IMG/VR virus record: IMGVR_UViG_3300025765_000001
DNA from: a virus
Taxonomy: Duplodnaviria; Heunggongvirae; Uroviricota; Caudoviricetes
Direction: 5' to 3' (one strand)
DNA length: 64,000 nt
Below the pieces are notes generated by a model that searched no databases, was not told the origin of the DNA, and saw only the letters and a program-made list of their open reading frames with translations. Shown in pieces: positions 1 to 10,493 of this stretch. Position 1 is the first letter of the stretch, and every line of letters starts with the position of its first letter. The position numbers were made by a program, and so were the translations under genes.

Positions 1-2
1 TC

Positions 3-698
3 CGGGCCAATTACGCCCACCGTGACAAGATGGTGGAATTGATTCTGGCGGACGTGCAAAAAACCGGTTCTCCGATCACCGATAATCAGGCCAAATCTTT
101 GGTGAACGGCATCTGGTGGAAAAATACACAAGAGAACTACGTTCACTTTGGTGTGGAAAAAGGAAAACTTCAGCACGTCGAAGACGCCATCTCCAACATC
201 ACCAAGGTGTTGCTGAAGACAGGAACTATCAGCAAAGACCCGACAAACGGACAACCAAACCTACTGTACTATCCACAGATTCTCCAACAGATGCAAGCCG
301 TTGGTTTCCATCCTGGCGTGGAGAAGGTGAGGGACGATACAACCACGTTGCCGGTTCTTACACAGAATCAATGGAAGAATTTGCAGCCTGTGGGCACACT
401 AGAGCTTCCACCACTCGTGTTTGCTCGTGGCACAGCCACGATGACCGAGCAGAGTCAGAGAGTGTTGGATGATCTAGTGAAAACATTTAACACATGGCCG
501 CAATACTACTTGGTCATTAAGGGCAACGCATCCCTAGAAGGCGACGTAGACGTAAATAAGGCTCTAGCTACTACCAGAGCCAGGGCTGCTGAGCAATACC
601 TTGTGGAACGGGGCATTAGTCAAAACCGAATCAATGCTACTGGAGAAGCGACCGGCAAAACGTCGGTTGATTTCATTCTCGGCCAACTGCCTTACTAG
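3..698 (+). CDS. C-terminal part of an ABC substrate-binding/OmpA-like peptidoglycan-binding fusion protein (runs off the window start)
   Basis: OmpA_C-like motifs: F-x-x-G...L, 'IKGNAS', 'NKALATTRARAAEQYLVERGISQNRI'. The frame is open from base 3. Confidence 0.7.
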   Translation, partial: RANYAHRDKMVELILADVQKTGSPITDNQAKSLVNGIWWKNTQENYVHFGVEKGKLQHVEDAISNITKVLLKTGTISKDPTNGQPNLLYYPQILQQMQAVGFHPGVEKVRDDTTTLPVLTQNQWKNLQPVGTLELPPLVFARGTATMTEQSQRVLDDLVKTFNTWPQYYLVIKGNASLEGDVDVNKALATTRARAAEQYLVERGISQNRINATGEATGKTSVDFILGQLPY

Positions 699-705
699 GT
701 ATATT

Positions 706-1134
706 ATGCCCAGCAAAACCCAACTAGAAATGATCAAGGAGTTTCAGTGCCCAGGGTGTTCTTGTGGTGTTTACCCCGATACCTGCAAGGCGTTCAAATT
801 CTATGACAACGGCTGTTTCTACTGTGAAGGCTGGCATCCGTCTACCTTTCAGGGTGGTGTAGGTTGGATTGCTCCGAGAGGATTTTGTCGCACCGGGATG
901 GTTGATTTCGGTGGTAAACCTTTTACCTACGTCCGTCTCTAAAAATCGGAGGACATGCCCACCTACGACAAGTTCAATGTTCCGATTTGGGCGATGGAGA
1001 TGGATGGTTATCTCTATGTTCGCTGCTACTTGCTCCGCAACAACTGGCTCTTTGTTGATGTCGTGAAAGGTGGTAAACTAGAACATGCTCCTGGTGCTAT
1101 CGACGCCGGGATGTTCTATAACGATATGGACTAA
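706..1134 (+). pseudogene. Cys-rich hypothetical phage protein interrupted by an in-frame TAA at 940-942
   Basis: MPSKTQ...FQCPGCSCG...YVRL*KSEDMPTYDKFNVPIWAME...; the same frame continues to TAA at 1132-1134. Two adjacent small genes cannot be excluded (GGAGG precedes ATG 955). Confidence 0.5.
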
Positions 1135-1148
1135 TCAACGAGGCTGAA

Positions 1149-1874
1149 GTGGACAAGGAAATCAGGAAGAAGGTACTGCTGGACATTTTCGGCGATCCTG
1201 TGACCCTGATTCCAGTCGTCGGGGGCCTGTCCGCTTTGCTGTTGTCTTGGGCAACTGGCGGTGGAGCGGTCTTGACGTTCTTGGGATTAGGAGGTATTTT
1301 AGGCGGCATTGGATGGCTCGCCACTCGGTTGATTTTCGGTATCGAACAATTAACCGAAGATGCCTATAAGGAGATGCAGCAGCAGAAGGAACAACGGCGA
1401 GAAAGAGAATTGGACGACCTGGATACCAGACTGGTGAATTCAGGCCGAGACCCAAGGGACCAAAATGCTTTGCGAAGCCTCCGTGCGATGGAGGCACAGC
1501 TTCGACAACATCAGAAAGATGGCACCGCTAATTCGATGATAGTTGAGAAGCTAGACGAACTGTTCAAAGGCTGTGTCACCCAACTAAAACACCGTGCCGA
1601 TCTTTACGATACATCGAGATCGCTCAGTGGAGAGCCAAAAAGGAAAGTGTTAGACGAGCGACAGCGGGTGCTAGAGGAGGTCGAGAAAAGTGTCGGTCTC
1701 TACGGCACCAGCATCGAGCAGATGAAAACGCTGAAGCTCAAATCAGACGTGGAAAACCTTTCAGAGAAGCGGGACGAATTGGAACGCTCTCTGGAGATTG
1801 CTAAACGAGTTGAACAGAGGATGTCCGGCATCGGGAGGCCCGACAAAATCTACGACGAATCGGAGTTCCAATAG
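1149..1874 (+). CDS. Membrane protein with two N-terminal TM helices and a coiled coil (partner of the PspA-like gene)
   Basis: Hydrophobic hairpin at ~aa 18-63, then a charged helical region; GAGG upstream. Confidence 0.7.
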   Translation: MDKEIRKKVLLDIFGDPVTLIPVVGGLSALLLSWATGGGAVLTFLGLGGILGGIGWLATRLIFGIEQLTEDAYKEMQQQKEQRRERELDDLDTRLVNSGRDPRDQNALRSLRAMEAQLRQHQKDGTANSMIVEKLDELFKGCVTQLKHRADLYDTSRSLSGEPKRKVLDERQRVLEEVEKSVGLYGTSIEQMKTLKLKSDVENLSEKRDELERSLEIAKRVEQRMSGIGRPDKIYDESEFQ

Positions 1875-1884
1875 GAGGTAACTC

Positions 1885-2721
1885 ATGTTCAGTGCCATCG
1901 GTCGCTATATCCGGGCGTTCTTCTACCTCATCACTGGCCGCATTGATAAGGCCAGGAAGTCTTTGATGAGCAACCCGACCGTCGTAGAGGCGACCTACGA
2001 CAACATCATTGAAGAAAAGGCCGCTCGTTGCCGCCAGTACAAAGATGCCCTTGGCAAAATGGTTGCCAAGGAAGAAGAGAAGAAGGACAAGCTTAGAGTC
2101 CTCGCTACCGGCGACCACAAGGACGCACCGGGCATTCCGTATTATACGAAACTCAAGGCTGGTGCTGCGGCCAAGGCCAGGGAGCTAGTTGCCAAGCACG
2201 GCGGCGATGCCGAGAAGGTCAAATCCGACCCTGAGTATATCAAGTGCCAAGCTGCGTTCCGTGACTTCACTTCCACACTGGAAGAGAAGGAGAAGGCGGC
2301 GAAGGAGCTTGAGGTTGATCTGGCCGAACTCGGCAAGAACATCGGCGGTCACAAGGCCAACATCCAAGGTCTGCTGCGTGATCTCGACAAGCTCAAGAGC
2401 GAGAAACACGAGGCGGTCGCTGACATCATCTCGGCGAAGGAAGAGAAAGAAATCGCCGACATGATTAACGGCATCGCCGAGGACCGCAGTGCCAAGGAAC
2501 TGCAAGAATTGCGTGAACTGCGTCGTGAGGCGAAGGGGCAGGCCAAGGTCAGCCGTGAATTGTCTGGCCTGGATAACAAGGTCGCTGAGGCCGATTTCCT
2601 GGCCTACGCAGAGTCTACGGCGTCTGACAACGAATTCGACAAGCTGATTGGCTTGACGAAGGAAACGCCAGCCGCTACAACACCTGCCTCCACAGAACGT
2701 ACTTCCCTGCCGGAAGCATAA
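1885..2721 (+). CDS. PspA/IM30 (ESCRT-III-like) family coiled-coil protein
   Basis: Amphipathic N-terminus (MFSAIGRYIRAFF), 'SNP..VEA.Y..II', long K/E/A coiled coil, acidic C-terminal 'DNEFDKL'; SD GGAGG. Confidence 0.6.
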   Translation: MFSAIGRYIRAFFYLITGRIDKARKSLMSNPTVVEATYDNIIEEKAARCRQYKDALGKMVAKEEEKKDKLRVLATGDHKDAPGIPYYTKLKAGAAAKARELVAKHGGDAEKVKSDPEYIKCQAAFRDFTSTLEEKEKAAKELEVDLAELGKNIGGHKANIQGLLRDLDKLKSEKHEAVADIISAKEEKEIADMINGIAEDRSAKELQELRELRREAKGQAKVSRELSGLDNKVAEADFLAYAESTASDNEFDKLIGLTKETPAATTPASTERTSLPEA

Positions 2722-2766
2722 CCGGCTGAACGTTGGCTTCTACCCTTTCTCCCAAGGAGTGAGATC

Positions 2767-3837
2767 ATGAAACGGCATCTGATGGTTCTCGGTTTGCTGG
2801 GGCTGTGTGCTGGTGCGTTTCTCTACACTGGTTGCAGCCGCAATGAAGACAAGGGCGGTGGTGACACGCCTTCCTTCACACTGGCGTGGAGCGAGTACCC
2901 TTCCTGGTCGGTGTTCGGCGTGGCCCATGAAAAGGGCCTCATCAACGGCAAGAAGGGCGAACTCGGCACCATTGAGAAGAAATACGGCGTCGATATTGTG
3001 TTGAAGCAGGCCGACTATGATACCTGTATCACGATGTACGGCAGCAACACCGTCGATGCGTCATGCCAGACCAACATGGACAGCCTCTCGCCCAGCTTGG
3101 GTAGACCGTCCGTGGTGATCCTGCCCACGTCTACTAGCGTGGGGGCGGACGCTTGTATCGCCGTCAACGCCAAGGGCGACAAGATCGACTGGCTCAAAAA
3201 CAAGACTGTGTACGGTCTGGAGAAGTCGGTGTCGCAGTATGCTTTCGAGCGATGCTTGGAAATCAACAAGAAGGACAAGTCAGCCTACACCTTCAAGAAC
3301 ATGGACCCCGCTGCCGCTGCTCAAGCGATGCAGACTGGACAGGCCAACATCGAAGCGATCATGGTCTGGAATCCATTCGTGTTACAGACCTTGAGAACTC
3401 GTGACGGTGCCGAGGTTGTCTTCGACAGCAGCATGATCCCAGAGGAGATCATCGACTGCGTTGTAGTCGCCAAGGAGTCGCTAGAGAAGCCGGGCGGTGA
3501 GAAATTCGCTCAGGCCATCTGCGAGACCTACTACGAGGTCTGCAAGATGCTCGAAGACCCAGCCCAGGCCGATGTTACCTACGTTGCTCTAGGGGCCAAG
3601 TTCTCGTCTCTCAACGCCAAGGACATGAAGCTGGTGTGCCAACAGACACGTTTCTACAGCACGCCAAGCAAGGGTCTGACGTTGCTACAAGACAAGAACT
3701 TCCAGAGCAAGACGATGCCGATGATCGTGGGTTTCTGCGAACGCAACGGCATGGTCAAGTCCAGACTGAGCGTGGGTTTCGATGATCCCACCGCCCAACT
3801 GAACTTCACCACGAAGTTCCTGAAATCGGCGAAGTAA
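2767..3837 (+). CDS. ABC transporter substrate-binding lipoprotein (NMT1/SsuA/TauA-like)
   Basis: Signal peptide with lipobox LYTG-C; 'AWSEYPSW', 'STSVGADA', 'VWNPF', 'IPEEIID'; SD AAGGAG. Confidence 0.8.
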   Translation: MKRHLMVLGLLGLCAGAFLYTGCSRNEDKGGGDTPSFTLAWSEYPSWSVFGVAHEKGLINGKKGELGTIEKKYGVDIVLKQADYDTCITMYGSNTVDASCQTNMDSLSPSLGRPSVVILPTSTSVGADACIAVNAKGDKIDWLKNKTVYGLEKSVSQYAFERCLEINKKDKSAYTFKNMDPAAAAQAMQTGQANIEAIMVWNPFVLQTLRTRDGAEVVFDSSMIPEEIIDCVVVAKESLEKPGGEKFAQAICETYYEVCKMLEDPAQADVTYVALGAKFSSLNAKDMKLVCQQTRFYSTPSKGLTLLQDKNFQSKTMPMIVGFCERNGMVKSRLSVGFDDPTAQLNFTTKFLKSAK

Positions 3838-3873
3838 GAAGTAAAGTGCGTCTAGGGGGGCCGCACTTTCTAC

Positions 3874-3908
3874 AAGGCCTGGCCCGAAAGGGCCGGGCCT
3901 TTTTCTTT
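3874..3908 (+). terminator. Intrinsic terminator
   Basis: AAGGCCTGGCCC-GAAA-GGGCCGGGCCTT followed by a T-run. Confidence 0.85.
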
Positions 3909-3953
3909 ACAGATAATTACAAGAAGTATAATGGGCACAAGGAGGTTTTCGAC

Positions 3954-4292
3954 GTGGAATTTGATGGTTTCTGGCGGATGCTATTTGCCGGGCGTCCTGA
4001 TCTGATGCCGCCCGGCGAGGAGAAAATCCGTCTTTCCAAAAAACAGTACGTGGCCGATCTAGAGCGGGCTTGGTATGCTGGCCGTGGTGTGTTTATCGGC
4101 TTCGTGGTGTATTACTACGAAGTGCTAGAAGAAGTCAACCCCGGCCTCAAGGATGCCGAGTATATCAAGTTCACTCAGGAGGCTTACAAGAAGGCGTTGC
4201 GGCGATGCTACGACGTGGGCCAGTCACAAATCCCCAAGGCCCGAAGAAAGACCACAGGTGAAGTGTTTCCGCTCCAAGAAAGAATTCATTGA
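3954..4292 (+). CDS. Hypothetical protein inserted within the ABC cluster
   Basis: TATAAT at 3927-3932 and SD AAGGAGG before GTG 3954. Confidence 0.55.
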   Translation: MEFDGFWRMLFAGRPDLMPPGEEKIRLSKKQYVADLERAWYAGRGVFIGFVVYYYEVLEEVNPGLKDAEYIKFTQEAYKKALRRCYDVGQSQIPKARRKTTGEVFPLQERIH

Positions 4293-4322
4293 GTTCCTCC
4301 GTGGAATGATGTTCAGAAAATA

Positions 4323-5132
4323 ATGGAGCAAGGCATGATCCGGAAACCAATCTCCAAAACCCGCTGGTGGGTTCTCTCGATCTCGGCCATTGCCTTACTC
4401 GTTGCCCTTTACTCATGGATGAGCTACAGACAGAAACAATTCAACGCCAAAGACACCACCATCCCAAACGCACAGCAGTTCGTGGACGGAATAAAAACAC
4501 TACTGAAGCCAGACAGCCAGGGCGACATGTGGTTGCTGATAGACCTGAAGGCGACTTACGGACGGCATTTGTCTGGCATGATGGTTGGTGTTCTCTTGTC
4601 GCTGATCGTTGGGTTACTGATGGGTTGCTTCTACTCATGGGAGGCTGTGTTCAAGTTTCCGCTCACCTGTTTATCCAAAATTCCGCCCACAGCCATGATA
4701 GCTGTGTACTTCGTCTTGTTTGGAACAGAGCTAGAAATGTACATTGCAATGATTGCTCTGGGTATCTTTTCGACTCTGGCTATGGCGGTTTATGGTGCTG
4801 TTCGTAAGGACGTATCAGACCACGCCATCTACAAGGCGTATACACTCGGCGGGTCGGATTCAGAAATCGTTTGGAACGTCGTCTTCAAGCAAATTCTTCC
4901 TAGGTTCATTGAGGCCATTCGTCTCACGGTAGGTCCGGCGATGGTGTTCTTGATTGCTGCGGAGTGGGCGACAGCCGATGTTGGATTTGGCTACCGGCTG
5001 CGTATCCAATCCCGGTTACTCAACATGAACATCGTTTACATCTATCTGGTGATTCTGGCGATCACGACGTACTTCATGGATTGGTCATTGTCTTACGCTC
5101 GTCGTAAACTGTGTCTTTGGTTCGGAGAGTAA
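4323..5132 (+). CDS. ABC transporter permease (SsuC/TauC type)
   Basis: Multiple TM helices, 'IPPTA', EAA-like loop 'KAYTLGGS', 'AAEW...GFGY'. Confidence 0.9.
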   Translation: MEQGMIRKPISKTRWWVLSISAIALLVALYSWMSYRQKQFNAKDTTIPNAQQFVDGIKTLLKPDSQGDMWLLIDLKATYGRHLSGMMVGVLLSLIVGLLMGCFYSWEAVFKFPLTCLSKIPPTAMIAVYFVLFGTELEMYIAMIALGIFSTLAMAVYGAVRKDVSDHAIYKAYTLGGSDSEIVWNVVFKQILPRFIEAIRLTVGPAMVFLIAAEWATADVGFGYRLRIQSRLLNMNIVYIYLVILAITTYFMDWSLSYARRKLCLWFGE

Positions 5133-5133
5133 C

Positions 5134-6060
5134 ATGCCGTTCGCACTCAAGATCGAGGATGTGAGTCATAATTTCGGCGACAACCAAGTTCTGAGCCATG
5201 TCAACCTCAAGATCGGACATGGGCAGTTCGTGGCACTTGTTGGTCCGAGTGGTTGTGGCAAGTCCACCCTGTTCAGGGCGATCCTGGGCACACATCCGCC
5301 ATGCCACGGCAAAATCTTCGCCAACGGTGAAGAGATTCTCCGTCCGAGCCGAGATGTTGGGATTGTGTACCAACACTACTCCTTGTATGATTTTATGACT
5401 GCCGAAGAGAATGTAGCTTTCGGCCCGATGCTTGACAAAACCAATCTGTGGTTTCGGATTTTCCAATTCTGGCAATTCTGGAAAATGTACCGGGGCTGGA
5501 TGCAGGAGGCTCGTGAGCTACTAGACAAGGTAGACCTGGGTACAGCGACCAAGAAATACCCAGCCGATTTGAGCGGCGGCATGAAGCAGAGGGTCGCCAT
5601 TGCCCAGGCCATCATCATGAAGCCGAAGATTCTGCTTCTGGATGAGCCATTCGGAGCATTGGACGAGGCCACACGAGAAGACTTGCAAAAGATGCTTCTA
5701 CAACTCTACCAGGAGAACGTGCGGGCTAGGGACCGAGGCGAGATGCCTCCCTATACCGTCATCCTGGTGACGCATGAGTTAAACGAGGCTTTCTACATTG
5801 CCGAGCGTGTGGTTGGCCTCTCGCAATATCACGGCAACGGATTTCCGGGTGCCACGATTGTTTTCGATCAAATGACTCATGTGTATGCTCCTAACGCCCC
5901 AAGGAATTTTGGCATTTTCTTCGAGCAGAAGGAGCTTCTTCGGAAGGTTGCTTTCGATGACAAGTATCTACCGAAGGGCGATGAGTTCGTGACGTTCTGG
6001 AAAGAGTATGAGAAGCTCCACGGTGTTCCCCACTACAACGGAAAAGGATGCGAAAGATGA
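5134..6060 (+). CDS. ABC transporter ATP-binding protein (NitT/TauT family)
   Basis: Walker A GPSGCGKS, signature LSGGM, Walker B LLLDEPFGALD, H-loop VTH. Confidence 0.95.
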   Translation: MPFALKIEDVSHNFGDNQVLSHVNLKIGHGQFVALVGPSGCGKSTLFRAILGTHPPCHGKIFANGEEILRPSRDVGIVYQHYSLYDFMTAEENVAFGPMLDKTNLWFRIFQFWQFWKMYRGWMQEARELLDKVDLGTATKKYPADLSGGMKQRVAIAQAIIMKPKILLLDEPFGALDEATREDLQKMLLQLYQENVRARDRGEMPPYTVILVTHELNEAFYIAERVVGLSQYHGNGFPGATIVFDQMTHVYAPNAPRNFGIFFEQKELLRKVAFDDKYLPKGDEFVTFWKEYEKLHGVPHYNGKGCER

Positions 6061-7019
6061 GTAACGAAGTCGTGATGCTCGTAGGGATGCAGGCGTCCGG
6101 CAAAGGAACCATAGCAAAGAACTACGCTGCGAGAGGTTATACGGTTCTCAACCGAGACGGCATAGCAAAGAATAATACCGTCGCCAGCCTACTCGGTCCT
6201 TTTGGTGTAGCACTAGAGAAGGGGCAGAGTGTAGTTCTTGATAACACCTTTCCCAAGGCGGCTGACCGCCGCCCGTTTATCCTAGCCGCACAGCAACACA
6301 AAGTTCCCATTCGCTGCGAAGTCATGGGCACTTCTTTTGCCGACTGCCAGTTCAATGCTCTGCTGAGAATGCACGAGCGATATGGAGCCTTCTTCTTCGA
6401 TGCTGAGTCGATCAAGACACACGCCGCAGCTAAGAAAGACCCAAACATCTTCCCGATGGCGGTTCTCTACAAGTACCGCAAGGAATATGAAGCCCCTCAT
6501 ATTTCCGAGGGTTTCTCGGCTCTTGTAGAAGTACCTTTCGTGAGGCAGCATTCCGGCACTAAGAAGGCACTAATCCTTGACTTCGATCAGAATTTGCGGG
6601 ACACGCCTGAAGGCAGCCCGTACAAGTACCCTACCAAGCCTGCTGAAGTGGCTCTGATCGATCATCCGAAACGTGCAAAGATCATCCAGAAGTATGTGGA
6701 CAACGGCTACATGCTGTTGGGTGCATCGAATCAATCTGGTATACACAAAGGCACAGTCACGCATGAGGACGTGCGACTGTGTTTCGATCATACCTGCACG
6801 CTGATCGGACACAAAATTCTGTATGCCTATTGTCCACACGTCTCAAGGCCTATCGTTTGCTACTGCCGTAAACCCAACGTGGGTTTGGGTGTAAAGCACA
6901 TCATCGAATACAACCTCGATCCACGAAAATCTATCTTCGTGGGCGATCAAACTAGCGACAAAAACATGGCCTTGGGCTGTGGTTTTCAATACATTCACAC
7001 AGAGGAATTCTTCAAGTGA
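6057..7019 (+). CDS. Polynucleotide kinase/3'-phosphatase-like protein (AAA_33 kinase + HAD IIIA phosphatase)
   Basis: P-loop GMQASGKGT, 'NRD', 'VLDNT'; HAD motif DFD, 'SNQSG', 'CYCRKP', 'VGD...D'. Confidence 0.8.
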   Translation: MSNEVVMLVGMQASGKGTIAKNYAARGYTVLNRDGIAKNNTVASLLGPFGVALEKGQSVVLDNTFPKAADRRPFILAAQQHKVPIRCEVMGTSFADCQFNALLRMHERYGAFFFDAESIKTHAAAKKDPNIFPMAVLYKYRKEYEAPHISEGFSALVEVPFVRQHSGTKKALILDFDQNLRDTPEGSPYKYPTKPAEVALIDHPKRAKIIQKYVDNGYMLLGASNQSGIHKGTVTHEDVRLCFDHTCTLIGHKILYAYCPHVSRPIVCYCRKPNVGLGVKHIIEYNLDPRKSIFVGDQTSDKNMALGCGFQYIHTEEFFK

Positions 7020-7035
7020 AAACCGGGGTGACGAC

Positions 7036-7311
7036 ATGCACTTGGCAGAGGAGCTTGCCAGTAGCCATGAGTTAAGCGGATTCGGAAATTCGCTTTTCAA
7101 AATCAAGAGGCCCGACACCGGGGAGGTCGTGGCCTTCATCGGCCAACAGGAGGGTCATGAGAAAGTATACTTTCCCAAAGTACAGCCGGTCGAGATCGTC
7201 GTTGCAGTCGGTGAGCTACTCGACAAAAAGAAGATGCGGCGTGCAATGGAGAAGCAGGACTACGAAAAGGCTCAGTGTTTCGCTGACAAGAAATTTGCAG
7301 GAGTTAGATAA
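7036..7311 (+). CDS. Hypothetical protein
   Basis: GGGG SD-like sequence; its stop overlaps the next start (TAATG). Confidence 0.5.
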   Translation: MHLAEELASSHELSGFGNSLFKIKRPDTGEVVAFIGQQEGHEKVYFPKVQPVEIVVAVGELLDKKKMRRAMEKQDYEKAQCFADKKFAGVR

Positions 7312-8766
7312 TGCAGGACTTCTTTCCTTCGCTCGCCAAGACGTTCAATTCTGGACAGACACGCAGTGTTATTCTCTGCGGAAACGTCTATGATCTCTTC
7401 GCTAGCAGCGATCAGTACGAGCCACTCATCCCCCATATGTGTAAACGGTCAGCCGTCCAGGGAGTCATTCAACTAGTCTACGAACTGAATGGCCCCATCC
7501 GTTTCACGGATGAAAAGCAAAAGGAAACTCTCAGGAATGCTTGGGTTGCCTGGAAGAGCGGTGTCGAAGATGTCAACAAGCTGATCATCGCTGAGATGAA
7601 GAAGTCTGGTCCGTCTCAGGTGAAAATGCTGTCGGATAAGTTCGACCAGCATATACTGGACGCAATTGGGAACCCAACTACTGCTCTAGAGTTTCTCAGG
7701 CAACTTACCATCTGCTCCAGAATTGCACTCAAAGGCAACCTGCTCATCATCATCGAGGCGGCTGATATGCTTCTGCCCGATGGCGAGTTATCCAAACTCA
7801 GCGATAGCCAACTACATCGCATCGCTGTTGTGCAGGACTGGTTCAGTGAACCGGCTTTCATGAAAGCGGGTGATTCGGTAATTCTTATTGCCGAATCCCG
7901 CAGTCTGATCCACTCCCGCATTAGCCATATGCCGCAGGTGGTTTCGATAGAAATCAAATCTCCTGACACCGAGCGGCGACAGCACTTCATTGAGTATGTT
8001 TGCAAAGAGATGGGTAAGGAGCCTACCTTCGACAAAGGCGACGGGCAGAAATGGACTGCTGTTGAGCTAGCAATGGTGACTGCCGGACTATCTCTACATG
8101 CAATTCGCCAGTTGTTGGCAATGGCGTTGCACAGCGGCCAGACCATCTCGCCCAGCGATGTAGTTGACAAGGTAGAAGAATTCATCAAGTCGCAAGTCGG
8201 CGAGGACGTGATTGAGTTCAGCAAACCGTCGCACAAGATGTCCGATGTAGTCGGATTCAAACAACTCAAGGGTTTCTGCAATAAGGAAGTGATCCCACGC
8301 ATCAGGTCAAAAGGCAAGGCAGCCCTGGCGGGGGCTGCTGTAGCCGGGGCAATTGGCGGCGGCAAAACATTCATTTTTGAGGCCGTGGCTGCGGAGTGTA
8401 GTATACCCGTCCTGGTTCTCAAGAACCTCCGCAGCATGTGGTATGGTCAAACAGACGTGATTTTCGAGCGGCTACGTCGTGTAATCGAGGCATTGGACAA
8501 GCTGCTCATTTTCCTAGACGAAGCCGACACACAGTTTGGCGGCGTCGGTGCAAATGCCCACGAGACAGAAAAGAGACTGACTGGCAAGGTTCAGGCTATG
8601 ATGTCAGACACACGGCTTGACCAGAGAATACCAGCGACTACAGGCGTTGGTGAACTGTACCAGGAAAAGTCTGTTGCCTAACGAATTTCAGAAGGAGGAC
8701 GTTGAGAAATTACGCCAAGGCTGGTTTGCCCGCATCCGAGAATTGGAAATGCAGGGGATCGAGTGA
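7311..8766 (+). pseudogene. Ycf46-like AAA+ ATPase with an internal deletion/frameshift near 8620
   Basis: Walker A GAIGGGKT and Walker B FLDEAD are present, but sensor-1/Arg finger are absent. A plausible C-terminus (EYQRLQALVNCTRKSLLP...GIE*) lies in another frame ending at 8766. Confidence 0.7.
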
Positions 8767-8775
8767 AAAGCTCGC

Positions 8776-8803
8776 TTGACACCCGATTTTGGGAGACTAC
8801 TAT
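8776..8803 (+). promoter_or_regulatory. sigma70-type promoter
   Basis: TTGACA-N16-TACTAT upstream of the AAA gene. Confidence 0.7.
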
Positions 8804-8874
8804 GTGCGTGTCGATTGGGCGTCTGAAACTGAATTGGTTAGGTGGCCGATCCACCGAATCTAGGAGATTGGTTC

Positions 8875-10383
8875 ATGACAGCAACCGCCAGTAGCAACAG
8901 TCAGAAGAAGGAACCGAACATGACGGAGAAGGATGTCGCCGTCATATTTGGCGGCAAGCAGATCATCCTGCCTGAAGGGATGAATTACGACGAAGGGATC
9001 GAGTGGATCAAGCGGAAGCAGAAGGAGGAGGAGACGGTTGTTTCCATTTCCGAGAAGGTTCACGCCTTCCCGCTCGACGGTGCCGTGGCCTTGACCAAGG
9101 TGTTGAAGGAGCGGTACGGCTGGACTCGTCTCGTCCCGACGCCCGGTTTCTTCGACAGCGAACCACCTGCCATGATCGGCGTCCAGGTCGGCCCGAACGA
9201 CACAATCCAGGTGCCGTGGGGCAACTTCAAGATTCCGGGCATCGACGGCACTCTACAAACCCACTGGACGAAGGACGAGGGGCGTCCGATCTTCCAACTC
9301 ATCGGCAACGTCAAGCGGAAGCACGAGAAGGAAGTCAAGAAGATCGCCGACGAAATCCGCCAGACGGTCAAGAAGGAATCCATCTACCGGGGCCAAGCCA
9401 TTCGGATCAACTTCCGTGACGGCCAGGGCGAACGCATGACCGAATTCCGTGCGGACTTCACGCCTCGCTTCATCGACACCAGCAAGGTCCGCCCCGACGA
9501 ACTGATCTACACCAAGGACACGGAAGACATGGTGCGGGTCACGCTCTTCAACCCGGTCGAACACACTCAGCGATGCCGCAAGAACGGCATCCCGCTCAAG
9601 CGTGGCGTTCTGCTCGAAGGTCCGTTTGGCACCGGTAAGACGCTCACCGCCCACGTCCTCTCCCTCAAGTGCGTGCAGAACGGGTGGACGTTCTTGTACC
9701 TGGAGGATGTGCGTGATCTCGATCTTGCCATGCTCTTCGCCCGGCTTTATCAGCCGTGCGTGATATTCGCCGAGGACGTGGACAGGGCGATGGGCGGCTC
9801 CCGCAACTCCAACGTGGATCGTCTTCTCAACACCCTGGATGGCGTGGACAGCAAGCACCATGATGTCATGGTGGTGTTGACGACGAACAACAAGGAGATC
9901 ATCAACCCGGCCTTCGTTCGTCCCGGTCGCATCGATGCCGTGATCCCGGTTCTGCCGCCAGACGCTCTGGTCACGGTCAAGCTGGTGCGGAATTACGGCA
10001 AGAATTCCAGCGGCGAGCCGATCATTCGAGCAACCGATGAGGAACTGGCCCTGGCTATCGAACCGCTGGTCGGTGCCAACGCCGCTTTCATCCGTGAGGC
10101 TGTGGAACGGGCCAAACTCGCTGCCGTGAGCAACGACTGTGGGGAAGATAACAGTCTGGTGATTGATTCTGCGGCGGTCGGCATCGCTGCAAAGAGCATG
10201 GCGGCTCACCTGAAGCTCCTCGACACGTCCAAAGACTTGCCGCCGATGAACGGCATGGAGTTCGCCGGTACTATCATGTGCGATCAGGTCGGCCAGAGCA
10301 TCCTCCGCACCCTGCTCAGCCCGCAGGCCATCAGTAAGGTCATGATCCCGCTCATGAAGCGGGAGACCGAGCAAGTCGGTTGA
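8875..10383 (+). CDS. AAA+ ATPase (classical clade, single AAA domain)
   Basis: 'GIPLKRGVLLEGPFGTGKT', 'IFAEDVD', 'LLNTLDG', 'TTN', Arg finger 'RPGRID'; SD AGGAG. Confidence 0.9.
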   Translation: MTATASSNSQKKEPNMTEKDVAVIFGGKQIILPEGMNYDEGIEWIKRKQKEEETVVSISEKVHAFPLDGAVALTKVLKERYGWTRLVPTPGFFDSEPPAMIGVQVGPNDTIQVPWGNFKIPGIDGTLQTHWTKDEGRPIFQLIGNVKRKHEKEVKKIADEIRQTVKKESIYRGQAIRINFRDGQGERMTEFRADFTPRFIDTSKVRPDELIYTKDTEDMVRVTLFNPVEHTQRCRKNGIPLKRGVLLEGPFGTGKTLTAHVLSLKCVQNGWTFLYLEDVRDLDLAMLFARLYQPCVIFAEDVDRAMGGSRNSNVDRLLNTLDGVDSKHHDVMVVLTTNNKEIINPAFVRPGRIDAVIPVLPPDALVTVKLVRNYGKNSSGEPIIRATDEELALAIEPLVGANAAFIREAVERAKLAAVSNDCGEDNSLVIDSAAVGIAAKSMAAHLKLLDTSKDLPPMNGMEFAGTIMCDQVGQSILRTLLSPQAISKVMIPLMKRETEQVG

Positions 10384-10493
10384 TTTTCGTTGTCCGCTGT
10401 CCGCCTCCCCCGACACCCGATCCGGCTGCCCACAGCCGGTTCGGATTTTTCTAGAATGAAAATGAAATTGCCACAGAAGGGGTTAAATAAAGC

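Noticed and set aside
9253-10416. 387-aa antisense ORF over the AAA ATPase (likewise 58827-59888, 7616-8437, 27774-28577)
   Set aside because: Shadow ORFs expected from GC3-rich codon usage on the real strand; they have no motifs or SD. In the cca case, by contrast, both strands carry recognisable domains.
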